DNA of 64,000 nucleotides, from assembly GCA_025594325.1 (NCBI GenBank), contig JANHCV010000004.1:1984001-2048000 (forward strand), given 5' to 3'. The position numbers were made by a program, and so were the translations under genes. Below, in pieces: positions 55,699 through 64,000 of this stretch (the first letter of the stretch is position 1; every line of letters begins with the position of its first letter). The notes under the pieces are model-generated. The model was given only the letters and a program-made list of their open reading frames with translations. It had not been told where the DNA came from and made no database searches. Origin of the DNA: Blastocladiella emersonii ATCC 22665 (Eukaryota > Fungi > Blastocladiomycota).

Positions 55699-57386
55699 TG
55701 AACCCGCTCACGTCGCCGGGCCTGCCCAACGACGCGACCATGCTGTCGCCGCCCATGCAGCCGCAGCAGCTCCATCAGCACCAACAACAGCCGCCCGCCG
55801 CGACCTCGACGCCGAGCGACCCCGCGCTCGGCTCGTCGTCGCTGTCGTCCATCACCTCCGCGTCCTCAACCACCGCTGCCGCCGCCGCCGCCGCCGCTTT
55901 GGGCACCGACGTGATCTGGGTCGGCGACCTGTCATGGACTTTCTCGAACGCGGGCACCGAGAAGCAGGCGCTGCAGTGCCGCGTGCAGGCGCGGACGGTG
56001 CGCAAGGTCATGGAGTCGCGTGGCCTGACGCGGGACGCGTTCCTCGCCGCGGGGCCGTGGCCCGCCAAGCTCTCCCTGTCGGACGTGGTCTCGCTGCCCG
56101 ACGGCAAGGCGCAGTCGGAGCTCACGCAGCGCGCAAAGTACCTGTGCCTGATGCTGACGCCCGTGGTGCCCGAGGGTGCGAGTGGCAGCGACAACGCGGC
56201 GGCGGTGCTCGAGAACGCAAGCCGGTTTCAGCAGCTCATGGATAACCTCGAGTCGCGCAAGATGGTGCGGGGTCCGGGTTTCCTCTGAATTGCGTTCCGG
56301 ACTAACCTTACGCCGTGATTCTAGGGCGGCATCATGCGGTTCAGCCCGACGTCGACGTCAGGCCTCGTCATCTTCCCGCACGGCGACAAGCTCGTCGCCG
56401 CGTGCTTCGTGCAGGACCCGCTGCCCGCCGGCCGCCGCAAGCAGATGGAGGACCAGATCGGGGCCGCGCCGAGTACGGGGACCGATCCCAGCGCAACCGC
56501 CGCGGCTATGGTGACGCCGCCCATCGCCGGTTCCTCGTCGTCGTCGGGCCCGCCCGCGATCGCGCCCGCGGCTGCGCAACCGCCGGCGGTGGCGAACGGC
56601 GGCGGGACCAGCATGCCCGCGGCACAGACTTCGACCCAGCCGCGGCCGGCGATGCAGCAACCGCTCGCAGCCCCCGCCCCCGCGCCTGTGCTCCCGAACT
56701 CGGCCGCTGCCGCGATGCTCGCTGCCGCCGCCGGGACGCCGCAGCAGCAACAGCTTCTGATGCAGCAAGCCGCGGCGGCCGCAGCCGCGGGCAACCCGTC
56801 CGCGATCGCGACCATGGCGGCCGCACGCGAGATGCAGCTGCGCCGGGCCAAGGCGCAGACCGACGCCGAGATGCAGCAGCGCGCGGCGGCGGTCGCCCAG
56901 CAGCAGCAACAGCAGCAGTTCATCGACTCGGTCGCCCTCCAGCAACAACAGCAACAGTTCCAGCAGTTCCAGCAACAGCAACAGCAACAGCAACAGCTCC
57001 TCACCTTCCAGACGCAGCAGGCGGCGCAGGCGCAGGCGCGCCGCGCGCAGCAGGTCCAGCAGGCCCAGCAAGCCATGACGATGCAGGCCGCGCAGGCGGC
57101 CCAGGCGCAGCAGCACCTCGCCGCGCTGCGCGCGCAGAACCCGGCTGCGTTCGCGGCGACCGTCAACGCGATGAACGCGGCGGCGGCGGCGCGGCAGATT
57201 CCCCCGGGCGCGACGGGGGTCCCGCAGCAGCAGCAGCAGCAGATGTTGACCCCGCAGCAACAACAGCAGCAGCAGCAGCAGCAGTTCCAGCTCCTGCAGG
57301 CGGCCGCAGCGAACGGGAACCAGGCGGCCGCCGCGGCGGTGGCTGCTGCGGCCGCGGCCATGGCGGCGGGGCGGCGTATGGGATGA
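53509..57386 (+). CDS. MED25: Mediator subunit MED25-like protein (VWA, Pro/Gln-rich region, ACID-like domain), multi-exon
   Basis: EVVVVYEATA...CGAVVYG resembles the Med25 VWA domain. VIWVGDLSW...LQCRVQA...GLVIFPHGDKLVAACF resembles the ACID/PTOV domain. Long poly-Q tracts. Confidence 0.6.
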
Positions 57387-57559
57387 CAGTTGCTCGCAAT
57401 ACACTTGGTTTCGCGCTCTCACTGCACATCGCGTAGCAGCGGGTGGGCAGATGATAATATAGTTCCAAAAAATGTGTTCCCCTCCTTCCTCCTTCCTCCC
57501 TCCTCCTCGCACCCCGCCGCCGCCGCCGCGGTCGCGGCCACCGACCTCCGACCGCCGTG

Positions 57560-59147
57560 TCAGCTGTGCGCCACGTCCTTGGACTTGACCAGGTCGACAA
57601 GATCGTCGAGCACCTTCTGCTGGGTCTGGTAGTACTCGACGTTGTGCTCGAGCGCGGCCGCCAGCATGAAGTAGTGCGCCGTGAGCGCCTTGGTGCGCGC
57701 CGGCATGTTGGGCGAGTAGTAGTTGTCGATCCCCCACTCGTTGCGGAACAGGTCGTGCAGCTGCTGCATGTCGGGCGAGGTACCCGCGCCGCCGGGACCC
57801 GCGCCGCCGGAGTTGGCGAGCCGGTCCGTTGACGTGTCGGGAGCGGGTGTACCACCGCTTCGTGTCGCGGTGCCGCCGTTGGGTGCGGTCGGGTCGTACA
57901 CGGTCGCCACGCCGCCCGTCGTCGGCCGCAGCTGCGACTGGCCCCCGGCCCGCCGTCGCTTGGTCCCCGACGCCGCGATCTGCAGCTGCTCGAGGTTGCT
58001 GACGATGACGGCGACGAACAGGCTATACACGGGACGCTAGGTGAGCGGACGGCGGCCCGTAGGGACGGCTGCGGGACGTACTTGAGCAGCACAAACGCCT
58101 CGAGCACGACGAACAGGAACAGAAAGATGAACAGGTCGGGCGCGCGGGCGCTGTTGTCGTAGTAGATGGTGGTCCAGTCGTCGAGCGTGAGGACCGCGAA
58201 CAGGCGGAAGAAGGTGGTGCCGAGGGTCCCGAACCGCGCCACGTCGATGGTGCCGTACATAGACCGCGCGATGACGGCGAAGATGTCTACACAACGTCGT
58301 CGCGGTTAGCGGCGGTACGACGTACGCGGGGAACGCAGCGTACACAGCACGAGCGCGGCGAGCGAGACGATCGACGACATGGCGGGGATCGACTGCAGGA
58401 GCGTCTGCACGAGGACCTGCAGGCTGCGCAGGAACGAGATGGCGCGCAGCGCTCGCAGCGACCGCACGGCGCGGAACGCACGGAACACGCGGAACAGGCG
58501 GATGACCTTGGGGTTGAAGTTGATGGTGGCGCCGAGCACGTACGGTAGCGCGAAGGAGATGACCGAGGTGAAAACGATGGTGATGTCAAAGTTGTTCCAG
58601 CCGGACTTGAAGAAGGCGAGGCGAAAGACGTAGAGCTTGAGCCCCGTCTCCATGAGGTAGATGCCGAGAAAGATCTGGTCGAGCATCGAGAGGTACCAGC
58701 CTGTTGACGAAACGCGCGGACGTGAGCATGGATTGAGACGGCGAGCGCGCACCACGTACCATAGTTGGCGTTCAGCGTAGGCGTGGTCTGAATCGCGAGC
58801 AGCGCCGTGTTGAGGACGATGACGAAGAGGATGGCGCTGCTGAAGAAGCCGTGCGACACGATAAAGTAGGTGTGACGGCGGAGCCACGAGGCCGAGGCGA
58901 TCTCGATGAGGACCGACTCCTGGCCGCTGCCGGACATGCTCGAGGGGCTGGAGGAGCCCATGCGCGAGCGCGACACGCCGCTGACCATGGACGTGCTGGT
59001 TGGGAAGTCGTCGTCGTTGACGCTCGAGAACTGGCTGTCCGAGGCAAAACTGCTGGTGGCGCGGCCGGCGCCGCCGTTGAGCGTGCCGCTGCCGCCGTGC
59101 TGGCTGGAGTCCCACGCCGACGAGCCCGAGTACGAGTTGCCGGACAT
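57560..59147 (-). CDS. CatSper-like single-domain 6TM cation channel alpha subunit (5' end may extend upstream)
   Basis: GWNNFD in S3, Arg-rich S4 (RLFRVFRAFRAVRSLRALR), pore TLDDW, S6 LLN|LFVAVIVSNL, and C-terminal HYFMLAAALEH...QKVLDDLVD like CatSper alpha subunits. Confidence 0.85.
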
Positions 59148-60191
59148 GAAGGACCCGCCGTCCGCGCTGGTGCCCGGGCTGAACTCTGCAGCGCTGGCCG
59201 GTCGGTCTCGGTTGCGATGGCGCTAGGGGATCGGAGGGGGCAGTGAGTCGCTGCGTGTGCGTCATGGGCGGCGCGGAGCGCGGGTGCGGGCGTACGTCGG
59301 ACCCACGTCGTTGCATGCTCGGCTCCGAAGAGCGAGCGCGGTGCGGAACGGATCAGCGAGCGGTCCAGCGGCAGTCGATGGCGAGGAGGACGAGGGCGGA
59401 AGGCAGCAGCCCCGCGGGCAAACGTCGTGGATGTGCAGTCGTCTCCTCCGCCGGGCGAGGGCGAGTGGGCGGTGCGACGAGTCGTGTTCGAGTCGGAAGA
59501 GTGCTCTGCGCCGAGGGTGCCGGGCGGGACACGAGGACGGGGGATCGGCGGCAGGCACGGGTTGGGACAGGGGCCTTGGTTGGCGGGGCGCTGTCATGAA
59601 TGGCGGCGGGGCGAGCAGCAGCAGCAGCGGTGCGGCATGGGGCGGCGGCGGCGGCGGCAGCGGTGCGTGGTGCCTCGGGCGTGTGTGTGCGGAAGAGCAA
59701 AAGTTGGCCGCGTCCGACTTGAGGAGGAGGTGCAGCGCCCGAACGAGACGGGCGGGCGGGCGATCGAGGCAGGTCACTCACGCGGTGCGGCTCGGATGCG
59801 GTTCCATGGCACTCGTATGGTGCGGGCAGCCAGTGCGTGCGTGCGTGCGGGTCGCAAGGTTGAGGGCGAGGCCTGCATCGCGGCGGCGGCGGTCGGGCGG
59901 CACGTGGAGCGAGGGGCGCGGGCGCGAGACGCGTCGCGACGCGTCGTTGTGGCGCATCAAGTGAGGTCACGCCAGCGCGGCGCTCCCCATCGGCTAAACT
60001 AGGGAATGCGCGGCCCGATCGCCGTCGGGTTGGGGATTGGCAGGGATGCGTGCGCCACACCCAGAGACGCGCGCTAAGCTGCCGACTGCAGACGGGCCCA
60101 CCGTGGCCACCGCTCAGCGGCACGGCCCCGGATTCGATTGCTTCTCCCTCGCCTCGCGTTCGCGCTCTCCGACTTCATCAGACCCGCCACC

Positions 60192-62003
60192 ATGCGCTCC
60201 AATGTGTCGCAGCTCGCGCTCCGCGTCGCCCAGCACCCGACCCGCGTTCGCTCGCTCGCGGCGACGGCCACCGGAACCCCGCTCGCGTCGGCGGCGGCCC
60301 GCTTGTACTCGTCGAAACGCAAGGGTACGGCTTGGCACGGATCGTCGGCTTTCACGCGCGCGCGATAAGACGCATCTCCGGCCGCGGCTGTTCGTTGGGG
60401 CAGGTCGCGCGGTTGGGAGACGGTTTCGTCTCCCGGCAGCGACGCGGACTCCCCCAAGCCCGCCGCGCTGTTCGGCCACGGCCGCGATGGTCAACATCGT
60501 GCGCACGCGTCGCACCATCGGCCGCGGACAGCACAAGAGCGGCGCGTCCCCGCCGCGCAGCCCGATCCGCTTTGCTCGCTCCCGCTCTCACTCACGGTCC
60601 CCTACTTGCCGGATCATCATAGACTACCCCGAGCCGGGCTCGCAGTTCACCGACGACAACAAGAAGAAGCACCCCAAGATGTCATCGAACACCACGTCGC
60701 CCAACTCGCCCAACCCGTCGGCCCTGCACAAGTCGACGTCCGCGTCGTCGGTCGACTCGGTGACGCAGCTGCAACACCCGCACCACCAGCACGGCGCGTC
60801 GTGCGGGTGCGGCGACGCGGTCTCTGCCGTCGCGTCGGCCGTGGCCAAGGGCGCGTACCCGGTCCCGCGCGCCCCGCGGCCGAGCGAGCAGACCCCGACG
60901 CGCGACGTCAACGAGCTGCTGCACCTCAACAACGGCCACTCGCTCGCCCCCGTGCCGCCCGGCGGCGCCCACGACGGCGGCCTCAGCAACGGCGGCAGTC
61001 TCGCGTCGCTCAACTCGACGGGTGGGAACAGCACCCATAGTGCCAGCAACAACGAGTCGGTCGTCGACGACACGATCCAGTCGATGCGCGGCACCGCGTC
61101 GGCGCCGCGGCCCATCGCCACGGGCGCGCGTCCCGGGTCCGGGCTCGCGCGCAACGGGTCGATCCAGCGCGGCGACCCGACGAGCCGCATCCGCGAGTCG
61201 GAGCACGAGGGCGGGTCGAGCGCCGAGCTCGGCGCGAGCCCCGTGCCCGGCCGCCTCATGCAGCACATCCCGACCACCTTCTCCAACCTCAACAACCTGC
61301 TCGAGGCCAACAAGACGTGGGCCAGCTCGGTGCAGCGCAAGCGGCCCAACTTCTTCAAGGAGCTGTCGGACCAGCAGTCGCCGCAGATCCTGTGGGTCGG
61401 GTGCTCGGACTCGCGCGTCCCCGCCAACCAGATCATCAACCTGCAGCCCGGCGAGGTGTTTGTGCACCGCAACATCGCCAACGTCGTCCAGCACACGGAC
61501 CTCAACTGCCTCTCGGTCATCCAGTACGCCGTTGACGTGCTGCGCGTCAAGCACATCATCGTCGTCGGCCATTACGGGTGCGGCGGTGTCGTCGCGTCCA
61601 TGACCAGCCGCCAGTACGGCCTCATCGACAACTGGCTGCGCGCCATCAAGGACGTGTACAAGGCCAACGAGGAGAAGATCGAGGCCCTGCCCGACCAGAA
61701 GGCCCGCGTCGACCTCATGTGCGAGCTGAGTACGTTTCCCGCTCTCTTCACTTCCTCCCCACGGCACTCCCACTCACTCACTCCTTTGAACACTGTGTAG
61801 ACGTGGCCCAGAGCGTCCGCAACGTGTGCGCCACGACCATTGTGCAGAACGCGTGGCAGCGCAAGCAGGAGCTGTCGGTCCACGGCTGGTGCTACCGACT
61901 CGAGGACGGCATCATCCGGGACCTCGACCTGTGCGTCAGCGGGCCGTCGCAGATCTCCCGCATCTACGACACCGTCGGCGAGAAGCGCGCCGCCAAGGAG
62001 TAG
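60192..62003 (+). CDS. NCE103: Beta-class carbonic anhydrase with a long N-terminal extension
   Basis: GCSDSRVP, EVFVHRNIAN, HIIVVGHYGCGGV, VHGWCYRLEDG. Intron near 61730-61800. Putative first exon 60192-60324 spliced via intron 60325-60403; alternative ATGs downstream. Confidence 0.9.
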
Positions 62004-62497
62004 ACAGTGTGGGCGGGCGGTCGTGGCTCGTGGTGAGCTGTTTTGTACCCGTTTTTCTTCCCTCTTCTTGACATGTTTGCGTTAGTTTGCTGCGATAGCT
62101 ATGCTTGGTCACTGAGCCCGTTGCGCATGGGAGGCTGTTCGGGCCAGGGTCGGCGGTCTGGTCGGCGGTCGGGCGTGTGCATCGCGTCGCGTTTCACTCG
62201 CCCGCGTCGGCGCAGGTGCCGGCGCTTCTCACCTCACATCGCCGGCGGCATGATGGCGGTACTTCACAACCTACGCGAGAGTCACTCATGCACCCGTTCT
62301 CGCAATTTGTGCACGGTAGAACGCGTTGCGCCACAGCGTGAGCCGGCAGCGGTGAGCCAACAAAACCGCGGTCGCTGCCAAGCGCGGCGGTCTCACTGCG
62401 CGAATGTGAAGCTCATGGACTCGAATCTGACGATGTAATCAAATGACCCCTGCAACGTGCTCCCATCGACCAGCTTAACCTGTCGGGCGAGCGTGCG

Positions 62498-62869
62498 GTG
62501 CCGCCGCCGCCGCCGCCATCGTCCCCGTTGCCTCCCGCGCAGGCCGGACGCCCGCTTCAACTGTTGGACCTCCCACAGGACATTCTCGCGAACATTCTTC
62601 ACGCTGTCCTCGAGTATGCGGGTCCACAGGGTTTCTTTGACACCGCACGCGCCCACTCCTCGCTCTTTCGTTTGACAACGTGTGATCCCGCCGTGTCCCT
62701 GCCGCGAGTCCACTTGGTCATCTCGCCTCCGTACATCGAGTGTGATCTCATGAAAGTTGGAATAAAGTTGTTCCCGGTGCCCCTCCACTTTGTTTGCTCG
62801 CGTCTCATTACGCTCGCCACGTCGCCATACATGCCGTGTCCGCTGGTCCATCTCACCGCTCAGCCCTGA
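62498..62869 (+). CDS. Short ORF with an F-box-like motif (possibly truncated)
   Basis: LLDLPQDILANI resembles the F-box start (LxxLPxEIL). Confidence 0.35.
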   Translation: MPPPPPPSSPLPPAQAGRPLQLLDLPQDILANILHAVLEYAGPQGFFDTARAHSSLFRLTTCDPAVSLPRVHLVISPPYIECDLMKVGIKLFPVPLHFVCSRLITLATSPYMPCPLVHLTAQP

Positions 62870-63122
62870 GGTTAGACCACCATAACAACAAAAACGGATC
62901 GCGAGCTCGATTATAGGAGAATGAGGGAGACAGTTGGGCAGGAGAAAGCAAGAAGAAAGGGACGGTAAAGGGCCACACTAACCCAGCGACAGCGAATTCC
63001 GATCGCTCACGTCCGCGGTCGCCGTTTGAGACGACTGAGAAGCGGGCGGCAAGTCACCGGTCGCGGTCGGATGCGGATGACCGTGTCCGCGTCGCTCAAC
63101 AACTGTGCGTCGTGTGGTTCGG

Positions 63123-64000
63123 TTACTTTGGGAGCAGGTCGACCATCAGCCGAAAGTATCGTTTGCCATCCACAAGCGGCGGCGGAACCGACTTGTCAAT
63201 GATCAAGTCCAGCCCCTGAAGCAAATCTGGAGAGCCCTTACTGATGAGCATCCTTTCCCAAGGCGTGCCGTCCGACATGGAAGCCCAAGTATGCATCGAA
63301 TCGACGATAGAGCAAACCGCCTCGCTGTGACCAAGTGGGCGCACTTCGTAGCTGTACAATCTGGAGAGAAAGCAAGCGCACTCGCGAGGATCGATGTAAG
63401 GGCTCGGTTCGTTGCGATTGATACGGTTGCTACACGATCTTGTCGCGTTAGCGGAACTCGTTCACGTGGGATTCAAGTATTCCATGGAAACGTACTGGGT
63501 CAGTGCAAGGACAACGTTACCATCCATGTCCTTTGCCTCCTCAGGCGAGAGGATGAACTTCCACCAGGATCCAGCAACAAAATGAGGGCCACTCGTGTAC
63601 GTGCGGGTCATGAAAGGGTCGTCCGTGACGTCAAACTGGATGTGGACTCGAAAAAATGGAGGATTGTTTGCGCGGATGACGCTTTGAAGCGCAGCAAACG
63701 GGTTCGATTTGCAAAGCTCATCGCCGCCTGCGTCGTTTGCGTCGTCCATCGAATCACAGTCAGAATTGCGCGCTTCAGGCAGACACCATCCAGCTGGAAG
63801 CATTGCATCGTCAAACTCCAAGCGCGTGATAGCGTGTTGGAGCGCGGACTTGTCGTAAGCAGCCGATTGATGATGACGCCAAGAATCGGGTCCCTGGCCG
63901 CGAGCGGCGATCGAAGGGTACGGCGCAGATCGTCCTCGGGCATGGCGTGAAAATGCACAAGCTGTGCAATTGGCTTGGAGCCCACGTTGAGCTCGCAAAG
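63123..64000 (-). CDS. Partial protein with BACK-like and MATH/TRAF-like segments (runs off the right edge; frames discontinuous)
   Basis: AQLVHFHAMPEDDL resembles BACK-domain ends, and TYTSGPHFVAGSWWKFILSP resembles the MATH beta-strand motif. The pieces lie in different frames. Confidence 0.3.

Noticed and set aside
55540-57300. Poly-CAG/CAA tracts as a separate repeat system
   Set aside because: They encode ordinary poly-Gln regions of a transcriptional co-activator.

Overview
GC-rich eukaryotic DNA with short (about 60-80 nt) spliceosomal introns, mostly with GTACG donors. It is most likely from a zoosporic (flagellated) fungus, Blastocladiomycota-like; this is inferred from fungal-type PFK, ERG20 and metacaspase occurring with the flagellar genes CFAP157, EFHC1 and a CatSper-type channel. 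Ordinary genes: acetyl-CoA transporter, 5-oxoprolinase, FPP synthase, PFK, metacaspase, mitochondrial carrier, beta-carbonic anhydrase. More unusual content: (1) a tandem array of three 7TM receptors with class-A (rhodopsin-family) hallmarks, the third a pseudogene split by a 1.6-kb non-autonomous CCGTA-ended, TA-target DNA transposon with 152-bp TIRs; (2) a large TmcB/FXL-type membrane protein with three FixL-like heme-PAS domains, bracketed by a 1,055-bp inverted repeat of the PFK 3' end; (3) a decayed Pif1-family helicase element flanked by a 42-bp direct repeat; (4) a complete 321-bp miniature LTR retroelement (TRIM-like) with 59-bp LTRs, a half-tRNA-iMet PBS, a PPT and a 5-bp TSD; (5) a MED25-like gene; (6) a giant Sec7 protein with dozens of PLPxSP motifs. 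All assignments come from motif recognition and manual alignment; no database searches were run. Exon boundaries are approximate unless stated.
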